Source: an uncultured Acidobacteriota bacterium
GTDB lineage: Bacteria > Acidobacteriota > Thermoanaerobaculia > Multivoradales > UBA5704
Reading direction: 5' to 3'
Assembly: GCA_963732005.1 (NCBI GenBank)
Contig: CAVSXT010000003.1
Coordinates: 800,218-864,217 of the forward strand
DNA: 64,000 nt
The notes under the pieces: model-generated
Told to the model about the DNA's origin: nothing
The model's database searches: none
The model's input: the letters and a program-made list of their open reading frames with translations, nothing else
In this document: positions 28,503 through 37,595 of the stretch, in pieces
Layout: each line of letters opens with the position of its first letter
Numbering within the stretch: position 1 is the first letter of the stretch
Made by a program: the position numbers and the translations under genes

Positions 28503-28762
28503 CCGCGGCCGTCGATGATGGTCTTGGAAAGCGGCTCGCCGCGCAGCACGACTCTCCGCGCCGGCGGCTTCAGCGGCTCGCCATTCCATTCGAACTTGCC
28601 GGCACGCGCCAGCGCCAGCAGCTGTTCGCGCTCCGAGCTGATCGCGATCAGCTCTGCCACCGGCTTGCCGCGATCGGTGACCAGCACGCGCTCCCCCTGT
28701 CGAGCGCGGTCGACGTAGTGACTGAGGCGTGCTTTGAGCTCTCGAAGGCCGACTTTGTCCAT
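28499..28762 (-). CDS. Phd/YefM antitoxin
   Basis: VGLRELKARLSHYV...GERVLVTDRGKPVAEL; ATGA overlap with the toxin. Confidence 0.88.
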   Translation of the reverse strand: MDKVGLRELKARLSHYVDRARQGERVLVTDRGKPVAELIAISSEREQLLALARAGKFEWNGEPLKPPARRVVLRGEPLSKTIIDGRG

Positions 28763-28958
28763 GGGTGATCCCCTTGCGATGTAGTCGCTCTCTTGTCCAG
28801 ATAGAGGATACATTGGGAAGGCTGGGGCGGCAAGCAGGGGGTTCGTAGGGTGCGGTGGCACGTGCGCCCAGCGCCCTGGTACTCTGGTGGTCAGGCGTTG
28901 GAACTGACCGCGCGGCGGGAAGGCGGGGCGACGAGCCAAGGCTGCCTGAGCAAGGGAA

Positions 28959-29603
28959 ATGAACGACGACTCCAGAGTGCAGCCGGTGCCTGAAGCGATC
29001 CCATCCCACCTGGCGGTGGCGGAGCTGCCGGCCTCGGCGGCCGACCTCGCCGGCTTCGACGCCGAGGCGGCGGAGCAGCAGGCCGAGGCGGCGCTGGCGA
29101 GCGGCGCCGAGCTGCTGCCGCACCACGACCTGCTGGGCTTCTACGACCGGCTGCGGCCGCGCGTGCTCGAGACGATCGAGCGGCGGGCCGGTAGGCTGCC
29201 GGAGGACGTGGTCATCGCCCTGCTGCTGGCGCCGGATATCTTCATCCTGCTGGTGCGGCTGGTGATGGACAAGGAGGTGCCGCGCCGCGCCCGCCTGCTG
29301 ATCGGCGGCGCCATCGCCTACTGGATCAGCCCGATCGACCTGCTGCCGGAGCTGTTCCTGGGCCCCATCGGCTATCTCGACGACCTGGTCGTCGCCGTCG
29401 CGGTGGTGGCGCAGGTCTTCACCGGCGACCTCGAACCCTACGCCCGCAAGCACTGGACCGGCCGCCAGGACCTCCACGTCGTGCTGCACGACATCAGCGC
29501 CGCCGCCCACGGCCTGCTCGGCTCCGCCCTCCACGCCCGGCTGAAGCGCCTGCTCGCCCGCCACGGCATCACCCTCGACGACACCCGCAAGCGCGGCGGG
29601 TAG
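28959..29603 (+). CDS. YkvA/DUF1232 membrane protein
   Basis: AIAYWISPIDLLPE..LGPIGYLDD motif. Confidence 0.85.
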   Translation: MNDDSRVQPVPEAIPSHLAVAELPASAADLAGFDAEAAEQQAEAALASGAELLPHHDLLGFYDRLRPRVLETIERRAGRLPEDVVIALLLAPDIFILLVRLVMDKEVPRRARLLIGGAIAYWISPIDLLPELFLGPIGYLDDLVVAVAVVAQVFTGDLEPYARKHWTGRQDLHVVLHDISAAAHGLLGSALHARLKRLLARHGITLDDTRKRGG

Positions 29604-29675
29604 GCCCGGCCCCCGCCGGCCACCGGCGAAGCGGTAAGTCGGGGCGCGGCCGGATCCTGGTGGCGAGGGCGGCGA

Positions 29676-30608
29676 TCAGCTGGCGGCCGGCAACCCGCCG
29701 GCGCATGGCAGCGTCAGCCGCGCTGCGCCGGCGCGGGAGGCGCGCAGCGAGTAGCCCTCGGTCCCGAAGCCCTTCGCTCCCGGCTTGACGAAGGGCGCCA
29801 GCGCCGCCACCGCCGAGTTGGCGCCGTTGTACACCGTGCGAATGCCCGCCGTCTGCTGGTAGCAGCGGTCGTTGGCAGGGATGGACAGGCCGATGACCCG
29901 GCCCAGTGCGCGATGCTCGGCCTCGATGCCCAGGATCGCCGCCGACACCTCGGCGAAGTAGATCAGCTGGCCGCTGCTATAGGCGGCGCCTCTAGGATCG
30001 CGCTGCACGGCGATGTCTGCGGCGTTCGCGGCGTTCGCCGCGTTTGCGGCGGGGGCGGCGAGGCGCGCCGCCATCGTCGAGAACTGCCGCACGGCCGCGA
30101 GGTAGGCGCCGACGAAGGCGTTCTCGAGCGCGTCGAGGGTCGAGAGGAAGGTGGCGAGGTCTTCGAAGCTGCCTTCCGGGAAGTAGAACGTCTGCACCGG
30201 GTCGGCCGCGGCGTCGGCACGCCCGATGAGCTTGCGCATCAGGTCGGCGTGGCTGATCTCCTCGGCGAGGGCGGCGCGCAGGTAGCCGACGTTGCCGGCC
30301 GAGCCCAGGGTCGACACCGCGAGGGCCGACCCCTCGGCGCCGGCGAGCCGGTGGTCCTGGATCACCTCGCCGAGCAGGCCATGGTAGTAGAAGGTGGTCG
30401 CCAGGTCCTCGGCGATCAGCGCCGCGGTGAAGATCATCTGTGCGGTGTCCTCGTCCGCTGCCGCGGCGTGCGTGCCGACGACGGTATGCGGTGCGCCGCC
30501 GCTCGCGCAGCGCGAGGCCGCGACCCCGAGGCCGGCCAGCGCGGCGCCCTTCAGCAGCGAGCGCCGGTCCAGCGGCGCGCCCGCGGCGCCATGCAGTATC
30601 TCCATCAT
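29676..30608 (-). CDS. Tat-exported ferritin-like (di-iron) protein
   Basis: DRRSLLKG twin-arginine leader followed by Cys; acidic/His pairs AEDL..FY, EEISH, LENAF..AY and EAEH. Confidence 0.72.
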   Translation of the reverse strand: MMEILHGAAGAPLDRRSLLKGAALAGLGVAASRCASGGAPHTVVGTHAAAADEDTAQMIFTAALIAEDLATTFYYHGLLGEVIQDHRLAGAEGSALAVSTLGSAGNVGYLRAALAEEISHADLMRKLIGRADAAADPVQTFYFPEGSFEDLATFLSTLDALENAFVGAYLAAVRQFSTMAARLAAPAANAANAANAADIAVQRDPRGAAYSSGQLIYFAEVSAAILGIEAEHRALGRVIGLSIPANDRCYQQTAGIRTVYNGANSAVAALAPFVKPGAKGFGTEGYSLRASRAGAARLTLPCAGGLPAAS

Positions 30609-30770
30609 CAGCGTTCCTCCTCCTTGGCCGCCGTGCGGCGGCTCCACTTGGCGGCCGCCGCGCGCGCCTCTCCCGTCGCTCCCTGGCGCTCCCGGCGCTC
30701 CCGGCGCTCCCGGCAAACACCGGCTGCGCTCCATACGTCCAACGGCCGACCGCGGATGACACCGGCTCAG

Positions 30771-31457
30771 CTAGCAGCAGCCTTGAAACAGCACCTCTTC
30801 TGCCGCGGCGAGCTCGGGGACCACCCAGTCGGCGCCGGCGGCGGCGAGGGCGGCGGCCGGGGTCCTGCCGGTGGCGACCGCCAGCACGCGGATGCCGTTG
30901 GCGTGGCCGCAGGCGACGTCCCGCCGGCTGTCGCCGATGATCAGGGTCTCGTCTGCGGCCACCGGGCGCCCGCGGCGGCTGGCGGCGCGGGCGAGGGCGA
31001 CGGGCGGCAGCTCGCAGCGCTCGACACCGTCGCAGCCGAAGGCGCCGAAGGGGAAGAAGCGATTGAGATCGAAGCGCGACAGCTTGGTGCGGGCACCGGC
31101 CTCCCAGTTGCCGGTGAGCAGCGCCAGCTCGACCTCCGCGTGCACCGCCAGCCGCCGCAGCAGCTCCTCGACCGCGGGCAGCAGGCGCATCCGGCTCCGC
31201 TCGAGGGTCCTCTCGAGGCCCGCCAGATAGAGCTCCCGCATCGCCGGCAGCCGCTCGTGCACCTCGGCGGCGGCAAAACCGGCGCCGGTCATCAGCTCGA
31301 GGACCGCCTGCGAATCGGTGCAACCGGCGAAGTCGTAGCGCTCGACGTCGCCGGCGGTGCCGAACACCTCGATCAAAGCAGCAGTGAACGGCGCGATCGG
31401 TTGCCCGCAGCAATCGACCAGGGTGCCGTCGATGTCGAACAGCAGCAGCCGCACCAC
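30771..31457 (-). CDS. HAD-family phosphatase (phosphoglycolate phosphatase-like)
   Basis: LFDIDGTL, LLTGN and IIGDSRRD motifs. Confidence 0.88.
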   Translation of the reverse strand: MVRLLLFDIDGTLVDCCGQPIAPFTAALIEVFGTAGDVERYDFAGCTDSQAVLELMTGAGFAAAEVHERLPAMRELYLAGLERTLERSRMRLLPAVEELLRRLAVHAEVELALLTGNWEAGARTKLSRFDLNRFFPFGAFGCDGVERCELPPVALARAASRRGRPVAADETLIIGDSRRDVACGHANGIRVLAVATGRTPAAALAAAGADWVVPELAAAEEVLFQGCC

Positions 31458-32350
31458 TACTCCCGCCAGCGCGGCGGCTGCCTGGTGGCCAGGAAGGTGG
31501 CGATGCCGTGCCGGCAGTCGGCGGTGTCGCGCGCCTGGGCGTTGGCCTCGGCGGCCAGGTCCAGCGCCTCGTCGAGGGGGCGCCCGAGCGTGTCCAGGAG
31601 CAGGCGCTTGGTGCGGGCGATCGATTCGGAGCTGCCGGTGGTGAGCACCTCGGCGGCGAGCTCCCCGCCGACCGCGGCAAGGTCGGCCGGCGGCACGACC
31701 CGATTGACCAGACCGATGGCCAGCGCCTGGCGGGCGTCGAGGAAGCGCGGGAAGAGCAGCAGCTCGCGGATGTCCGCGCCGCGCAGGCGCAGCGGCAGGA
31801 AGGTGGCGACGAGCGCCGCGACGAAGCCGATCCGCACCTCGCTGTACAGGAAGCGCGCGTCCTCGGCGGCGACCACGAAGTCGTGAGCGGTGGCGAGGCC
31901 GCAGCCGCCGGCGACGCAGGCGCCGTGCACCAGCGCGATGGTCAGCGCCTCCTGGCGCAGCACCGCCGAGAACAGGTTGCGCAGGCCCGCCGAGTCGCGG
32001 CGGTTCGCCGCCATGGCAGCCGAGGTTCCGGCCGCCCCCGCCTCGCCACCCTCGCCGCCGCCGCCCATCTCGGACAGCGCCCGCAGGTGCTCGAGGTCGG
32101 CGCCGGCCGAGAAGTTGCGACCCTGGCCGGCGAGCAGCACGGCGCGGACGCCGGCCGCGCGCAGCGGGCTGCCGTAGAGCGCGGTCAGCTCGCCGATCAG
32201 CGCCGGCGACAGCGCGTTGGCGCGTGCCGGATCGGCCAGCATCACCCACAGCAGATCGCGGTCGCGCCGCGCCTCGAGGTGGTGGAAGGCGATCCCGGGC
32301 GGCGCCCAGGGCGTGCCCGCGCCCTGGCCCGGTGCCTCGGCGCCGGTCAC
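31457..32350 (-). CDS. enoyl-CoA hydratase (methylglutaconyl-CoA/AtuE-like)
   Basis: NALS, FSAGADL, AGGCGL, SEVRIG and A..IGLVN motifs. Confidence 0.88.
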   Translation of the reverse strand: MTGAEAPGQGAGTPWAPPGIAFHHLEARRDRDLLWVMLADPARANALSPALIGELTALYGSPLRAAGVRAVLLAGQGRNFSAGADLEHLRALSEMGGGGEGGEAGAAGTSAAMAANRRDSAGLRNLFSAVLRQEALTIALVHGACVAGGCGLATAHDFVVAAEDARFLYSEVRIGFVAALVATFLPLRLRGADIRELLLFPRFLDARQALAIGLVNRVVPPADLAAVGGELAAEVLTTGSSESIARTKRLLLDTLGRPLDEALDLAAEANAQARDTADCRHGIATFLATRQPPRWRE

Positions 32351-32850
32351 TCGCCACCGCCTGCGGGGGATTCCCCGGCACCGACATGATCGGAGCGCTG
32401 CCCCGTCTCCGGCGCGTCCGGTGTTTCCGGAGTGCCGGGGAGGTCCCGTGTTGCGAAAGCGTCCGGAGTCTCCGGTGCCCGCGGCGCTTGCGGTTGCAGA
32501 GCGCGAGGGGTCTGAAGGGTTCGGAGGAAGAGGCTCTCGGGCACCTCGACCTCCATCTGCAGCAGCCCCTGGGCGTGGGTCTTCCCCTGGGCGTCGGTCT
32601 TCAGGCTCTCGGTGCCGCCGCCGCCAAGGGAGTCGTGGAGCAGGAAGTTGAAGGCTCGCAGGTTGGGGACCTCGAAGCGCTCGACCGGGCCGCGGCAGAC
32701 CTCCCGGAAATGCTCCTTGACGCGGGCGGCGGTGGCCTGCGTGCGCAGGAGCTCGTATATCTCCTGGCTGGCGGCGATCAGGCCGACGTTGCTGGCGTCG
32801 CCCTTGTCGCCCGAGCGGGCGTGGGCGATCAGGTCCAGCCGCACCTTCAT
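32347..32850 (-). CDS. AtuA C-terminal-like small protein
   Basis: AHARSGDKGDASNVG...V.RFE.PNL.A.NF...LGGGG..SL..D.QGK; low-complexity tail. Confidence 0.8.
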   Translation of the reverse strand: MKVRLDLIAHARSGDKGDASNVGLIAASQEIYELLRTQATAARVKEHFREVCRGPVERFEVPNLRAFNFLLHDSLGGGGTESLKTDAQGKTHAQGLLQMEVEVPESLFLRTLQTPRALQPQAPRAPETPDAFATRDLPGTPETPDAPETGQRSDHVGAGESPAGGGE

Positions 32851-33251
32851 CGCCGCCTCCGCGCCGGCAGACCGGCGGCCAGGAGCGTCAGGCCGGAGGC
32901 GCCGAAGACTCCCGCGGCGATCGCGGCAGTGCGCGGGCTGGTGGCTGCCGGACTGTAGACCGCCGGCGGCAGCACGGCCCGGTAGCCGAGGTCCAGGATC
33001 TCGTGATGGAGCCGCTCGATCCAGGCGAAGCCGCCGGCCGCCGCCGCCAGCAGCAGCGCCATGGCGCCGGCCAGCCGGGTCGCCGGCCAGCCCGCCTGCA
33101 GCCCCTGGCGCAGGGCGGCGGTATAGCAGGCGGCGACCAGCAGCCCCCAGCCGGCGAAGACCAGGCGGTCGGCAAGGGCGCTGTAGAAGAAGCCGAGCAG
33201 GAGCGCCGGCAGGATGCCGGCGAGCAGCCAGCCATACCATGGCAGCCTCAA
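32847..33251 (-). CDS. hypothetical multi-pass membrane protein
   Basis: About four hydrophobic helices; TTG start overlaps the atuA stop and its stop overlaps the next ATG. Confidence 0.6.
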   Translation of the reverse strand: MRLPWYGWLLAGILPALLLGFFYSALADRLVFAGWGLLVAACYTAALRQGLQAGWPATRLAGAMALLLAAAAGGFAWIERLHHEILDLGYRAVLPPAVYSPAATSPRTAAIAAGVFGASGLTLLAAGLPARRRR

Positions 33252-34615
33252 AGCTCCTCCACCGAGACCTCGATGCGGTTCTCGACCTCTTCGCGAGCCA
33301 GCAGCGCCGGCCAGTAGGCCACCACCTCCTGCGGCTTCGGACGGCCGCCGGCGAAACCCGTCACCCCCGGCGGGCCGGCGGTGATCAGCGGCGCCAGCTC
33401 GAGGCCGAAGCGGGCGACCTTGCCGGCGTCGGCATCGCGCACTCCCAGCCGCAGCACCACCTCGGGCGGGTCCGCGGGCGCCGCCAGGATCCCCGGCAGG
33501 CAGGCGCCGGCGCCGACCAGCTCGACCGAGCGGTCCTCCGGCGGAAAGGTGACGCCGGCCCGCTCCAGGCGGCGCCAGACGATGTCGGCGGCGAGCTCGG
33601 CCTTGGCGACGGCGCGCGGCCCCGAGATGGTGATCTGGCCGCTGGCCTTGAAACCGGCGAGGTAGGAGGCCGAGACCTTGAAGAACGGCGTCTTGGGGCC
33701 GCCGCGGATGCCGGAGACGCTCACCCGGTCGCTTCCGTCCTGCTGCAGGCGGATGCTGGTGAAGTCGGCGACGCAGTCGGGGGTGAGGTACTCGGTCGGC
33801 TTGCTCATCTCGTAGAGCAGCTGCTCGGCGACGGTGTCGACCGTCACCATGCCGCCGGTGCCCTGGTGCTTGGTCACCACGAAGGTGCCGTCCTCGTGAG
33901 CCTCGACGATCGGGTAGCCGACGTTCCACAGGTCGGGCACGTCCCACCAGCGGCTGTAGTTGCCACCGGTGCACTGGGCGCCGCATTCGATGATGTGGCC
34001 GGCGATGGTGCCGGCGGCGAGGCGGTCCCAGTCGCTTTCGCCCCAGCCGAACTCGTGGATCATTGGCGCCAGCGCCAGGGCGGTGTCGGTGATGCGGCCG
34101 CAGAGCACGATCTGCGCCCCGGTGGCGAGCGCCTCGACCACCGGCCGCGCGCCGAGGTAGGCGTTGGCGCTCATCAGCCGCGCGAGGTGCGGCGCGAGCG
34201 GCTCGCCGGTGTCCATGTTGGCGAGCGGGTGCCCGGCCGCGATCAGGCCCGGCAGGCGGGCCAGCACGTCGTCGCCCTCGACCACTCCGACGCGGACGCC
34301 GGCGAGCCCCAGCTCGCGCGCCACCGCGAAGATCTGCCGCCGGCAAGCGCGCGGGTTGAGGCCGCCGGCGTTGGTGAGGATGCGGACGCCGCGCGCCATC
34401 GCCTCGGGCAGGATGCGGCGCACGAAGCTGATGAAGTCGGTGGCGTAGCCCAGCTCCGGGTCCTTGCGCTTCTGCCGCATCATGATCGACAGCGTGACCT
34501 CGGCGAGGTAGTCCATGCCGATGTAGTCGATCGGTCCGCCGCGCAGCAGCTCGACCGGCGCATCGACGTTGTCGCCCCAGAAACCCTGGCCGTTGCCGAT
34601 ACGGACCGTTTTCAT
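33248..34615 (-). CDS. acyclic terpene utilization AtuA-family protein (DUF1446)
   Basis: RIGNGQGFWGD, DYLAEVT, NAGGLNP, GHIIECGAQCTGGN and EQLLYE. Confidence 0.9.
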   Translation of the reverse strand: MKTVRIGNGQGFWGDNVDAPVELLRGGPIDYIGMDYLAEVTLSIMMRQKRKDPELGYATDFISFVRRILPEAMARGVRILTNAGGLNPRACRRQIFAVARELGLAGVRVGVVEGDDVLARLPGLIAAGHPLANMDTGEPLAPHLARLMSANAYLGARPVVEALATGAQIVLCGRITDTALALAPMIHEFGWGESDWDRLAAGTIAGHIIECGAQCTGGNYSRWWDVPDLWNVGYPIVEAHEDGTFVVTKHQGTGGMVTVDTVAEQLLYEMSKPTEYLTPDCVADFTSIRLQQDGSDRVSVSGIRGGPKTPFFKVSASYLAGFKASGQITISGPRAVAKAELAADIVWRRLERAGVTFPPEDRSVELVGAGACLPGILAAPADPPEVVLRLGVRDADAGKVARFGLELAPLITAGPPGVTGFAGGRPKPQEVVAYWPALLAREEVENRIEVSVEEL

Positions 34616-34638
34616 GAGGCTGCCCAGCGTAGCACCGG

Positions 34639-36303
34639 TCAGGTCTGCAGCACGCCGGTGCGGAAGGGCAGGATCTCCGGGTTGTGCGCCGCGGCGGCCA
34701 GCGAGCGCGCCAGCACCCGGCGGGTGTCGGCCGGGTCGATGATCGCGTCCACCCACAGGCGCGCCGCGGCGTAGCGCGGGTCCATGGCGGCGGCATAGCG
34801 CGCCTTGATCTCGGCCAGGCGCCGCGCCTTCTCGTCCTCCGACACCCCCTCGCCGCGGTTCTTGAGCTGGATGCTGAGCAGCGTCTGGCTGGCCTGGTCT
34901 CCCCCCATCACGGCGATGGCGGCCGAGGGCCAGGCATAGAGGAAGCGGGCGCCGTAGGCCTTGCCGCACATCGCGTAGTTGCCGGCGCCATAGGAGTTGC
35001 CGGCGAACAGGGTGATCTTCGGCACCGTCGAGTTGGCGACCGCGTTGACCATCTTCGCGCCGTCCTTGATGATGCCGCCGCGCTCGGCCCGGCTGCCCAC
35101 CATGAAGCCGGTGACGTCCTGGATGAACAGCAACGGCAGGCGCTTCTGGTTGCAGAGCTCGACGAAGCGCGCTCCCTTGTCGGCCGAGTCCGAATAGATG
35201 ACGCCGCCGATCTGCAGCTCCCGGTCGCGCGGTCCGGTGCCGGTCGCCCGCGGCACGATCGAGCGCTGGTTGGCGACCACGCCGACCGCCCAGCCGTCGA
35301 TCCAGCCGGTGCCGCAGACCAGCGTCCGGCCGTAGGTCGCCTTGTACTCGTCGAGCTCGCTGCCGTCGAGCAGGCGCGCCAGCACCTCGTAGGTGTCGTA
35401 GGGCCGCGAACGGTCCACCGGCATCACGCCGCCCAGCTCCTCGGGCGACGCCAAGGGCGGCACCGGCTCGCGCCGGGTGAACGGCGAAGCCGGCGCCCCG
35501 GGCAGCTGCGCGAACTGGCTGCGGATCTTCGCCAGGCAGCTCGCTTCGTCCGGGTGGCGGTGATCCACGACTCCCGAGATGTCGCACTGCACCACCGCGC
35601 CGCCCAGCTCCTGGTTGTCGATCTGCTCGCCGATCGCCGCCCTCACCAGGTGCGATCCGGCGAGGAAGATCGACCCCGTCCCCTCGACGATGTGCGCCTC
35701 GTCGCTCATGATCGGCAGGTAGGCCCCGCCGGCGACGCAGGACCCCATCACCGCCGCCATCTGGAAGACGCCTGCGGCCGACAGCCGGGCGTTGTTGTAG
35801 AACGCCCGGCCGAAATGCTCGCGATCCGGAAAGATCTCGTCCTGCAGCGGCAGGAACACCCCCGCCGAGTCCACCAGATAGACGATCGGCAGCCGGTTCT
35901 CGAGCGCGATCTCCTGCGCCCGCAACACCTTCTTGCAGGTCATGGGGAACCAGGCCCCGGCCTTGACCGTGGGGTCGTTGGCCACCACCACCGACTCGTG
36001 CCCCGCGATCCGCCCCAGGCCCACGACGACGCCGGCGGCGGGCGCCCCTCCGAACTCTTCATACATCCCCGCCGCCGCCCAGATCCCCAGCTCCAGCAGC
36101 TCGGACCCCGGATCGCAGAGCGCCGCCACCCGCTCGCGGGCGGTCATCTTGCCCTGCGCCCGCTGCCGCTCGTGGGCCTTCGCCCCGCCGCCCAGCCGCA
36201 GCCCTTCCTCCTCGGCGTGCAGCCGCGCGGCCTCGCCCCGCCAATGCGCCGCCCGGCGCTCGAAGGCCTCGTTGCCGCTCACTCTGCTCGCCAGTATCGC
36301 CAC
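34639..36303 (-). CDS. acyl-CoA carboxylase carboxyltransferase subunit (MccB/AtuC-like)
   Basis: GKMTARER, ANDPTVKAG, LVDSAG, CVAGGAY, DVTGFMVG and YGAGNY; GGAG SD before GTG 36303. Confidence 0.9.
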   Translation of the reverse strand: MAILASRVSGNEAFERRAAHWRGEAARLHAEEEGLRLGGGAKAHERQRAQGKMTARERVAALCDPGSELLELGIWAAAGMYEEFGGAPAAGVVVGLGRIAGHESVVVANDPTVKAGAWFPMTCKKVLRAQEIALENRLPIVYLVDSAGVFLPLQDEIFPDREHFGRAFYNNARLSAAGVFQMAAVMGSCVAGGAYLPIMSDEAHIVEGTGSIFLAGSHLVRAAIGEQIDNQELGGAVVQCDISGVVDHRHPDEASCLAKIRSQFAQLPGAPASPFTRREPVPPLASPEELGGVMPVDRSRPYDTYEVLARLLDGSELDEYKATYGRTLVCGTGWIDGWAVGVVANQRSIVPRATGTGPRDRELQIGGVIYSDSADKGARFVELCNQKRLPLLFIQDVTGFMVGSRAERGGIIKDGAKMVNAVANSTVPKITLFAGNSYGAGNYAMCGKAYGARFLYAWPSAAIAVMGGDQASQTLLSIQLKNRGEGVSEDEKARRLAEIKARYAAAMDPRYAAARLWVDAIIDPADTRRVLARSLAAAAHNPEILPFRTGVLQT

Positions 36304-36355
36304 GGTGTCTCCCAAGGTTTGCCGCGGCATTATATGTGCGTCCAACGGGCTCCCC

Positions 36356-36423
36356 TGGCCCCGCCTCTGTGCGGGGGCCTTGGCCCCGCCTTTGCGCCGC
36401 GGGGCCCTGGCCCCGCCTTTGCA
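36356..36423 (+). repeat. three direct repeats TGGCCCCGCCT(C/T)TG forming tandem sigma54-like promoters
   Basis: Copies start at 36356, 36381 and 36408; copies 2 and 3 are GG-N10-GC with TTGC. Confidence 0.6.
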
Positions 36424-36482
36424 AAACCCTCGGGCGGGCTGGCGCCCCTTTTCGGCGGCCGGCGACAAAGGAGCCCGACACC

Positions 36483-36734
36483 ATGGCAGACCACATCCTT
36501 GCAGGGCAATGGAAGCAGCTCAAAGGAGAGGCCAAGCGCCTCTGGGGCAAGCTCACTGACGACGATCTCGAGCGTGCCGCCGGCAACCGGGACAAGCTGG
36601 TCGGTTCGCTGCAGGAGCGTTACGGCTACAACAAGGCACAGGCTCAGTCCGAGTTCGACCGCTGGGCGGAGAGCGTTCGCTCCAAGGTCCGCACCCCCGA
36701 GCCCGAGCACGAAGAGGTCGGCAGTCGGCGGTAA
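36483..36734 (+). CDS. csbD: CsbD/YjbJ general stress protein
   Basis: GQWKQLKGEAKRLWGKLTDDDL...G..DKLVGSLQERYG; AAAGGAG SD. Confidence 0.9.
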   Translation: MADHILAGQWKQLKGEAKRLWGKLTDDDLERAAGNRDKLVGSLQERYGYNKAQAQSEFDRWAESVRSKVRTPEPEHEEVGSRR

Positions 36735-36807
36735 CCGGCGCCGAACGCCGGTTTCGCGGACGCCGTCGGCATTGCGGCCCGGCCGCACGCGCACTAGCAT
36801 CCCGAGG

Positions 36808-37533
36808 ATGAAGATTCGACTGCTGGCCTTCGCCAGCGCCGGCGATGCGCTGGGCGCGGGCGAGCTGGAGCTCGACCTGCCGGCAGGGGCTCGGGTGGCC
36901 GAGCTGCGGCTGTGGCTCGATGCCCGCTACCCGGCCCTCGCGCCGCTCTGGCCCCGGCTCGCGGTGGCGGTGAACGGCACCATCGCGCGGGCCGACCAAC
37001 CGCTCGCCGATGGCGTCGAGGTGGCGCTCCTGCCGCCGGTGTCAGGAGGCAGCGGCGAAACGCCGGTCGCCGGCAAGGCGCGCCCGCGAGTCGAGCTGAT
37101 CGACGAGCCCATCGATCCAGCGGAGGTCATCGCGCGCGTCGCCTCGCCCGCCTGCGGCGCCGTGCTGCTCTTTCTGGGGACCGTGCGCGACCACTCGTCC
37201 AAGCCCGGTCCGGCTGCCGGCTCCGTCCTCAAGCTGACCTACACCGCCTATCGCCCGATGGCCTGCGAGGCGCTGAGCCGCATCGTCTCCGAGCTCGAGG
37301 CCGCGGCGGGGGGCCTGCGAGTCGCGATCGTCCACCGGCTGGGAGAGGTTCCGGTCGGCGAGGCCAGCGTCGTCATCGCCGTCGCCGGCCGCCGCCGTGC
37401 CGCCGCCTACGAAGCGAGCCGCCAGGCCCTCGAACGCCTCAAGTCGGAGGTCCCGATCTGGAAGCTCGAGCACTACGCCAGCGGCGAAGCGGTGTGGCGC
37501 GAAGAGGAGCTGCTCGCGGAGCAGCAGGCCTGA
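36808..37533 (+). CDS. MoaD-MoaE fusion molybdopterin synthase (MoaX-type)
   Basis: MoaD domain ending VALLPPVSGG, linker, then MoaE motifs (GA...F.GTVR, HRLG, LK.EVPIWK.E). Confidence 0.9.
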   Translation: MKIRLLAFASAGDALGAGELELDLPAGARVAELRLWLDARYPALAPLWPRLAVAVNGTIARADQPLADGVEVALLPPVSGGSGETPVAGKARPRVELIDEPIDPAEVIARVASPACGAVLLFLGTVRDHSSKPGPAAGSVLKLTYTAYRPMACEALSRIVSELEAAAGGLRVAIVHRLGEVPVGEASVVIAVAGRRRAAAYEASRQALERLKSEVPIWKLEHYASGEAVWREEELLAEQQA

Positions 37534-37595
37534 CGGGGAGCGAGGTGGAGGTGCAGCCGCGGCAGCTGCACCTCTCCCGCCAGGTGTCCGGAGAG

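Noticed and set aside
36356-36423. Possible mini CRISPR array
   Set aside because: Repeats are only about 14-16 bp with about 10-bp spacers and no cas genes; better explained as promoter-like repeats.
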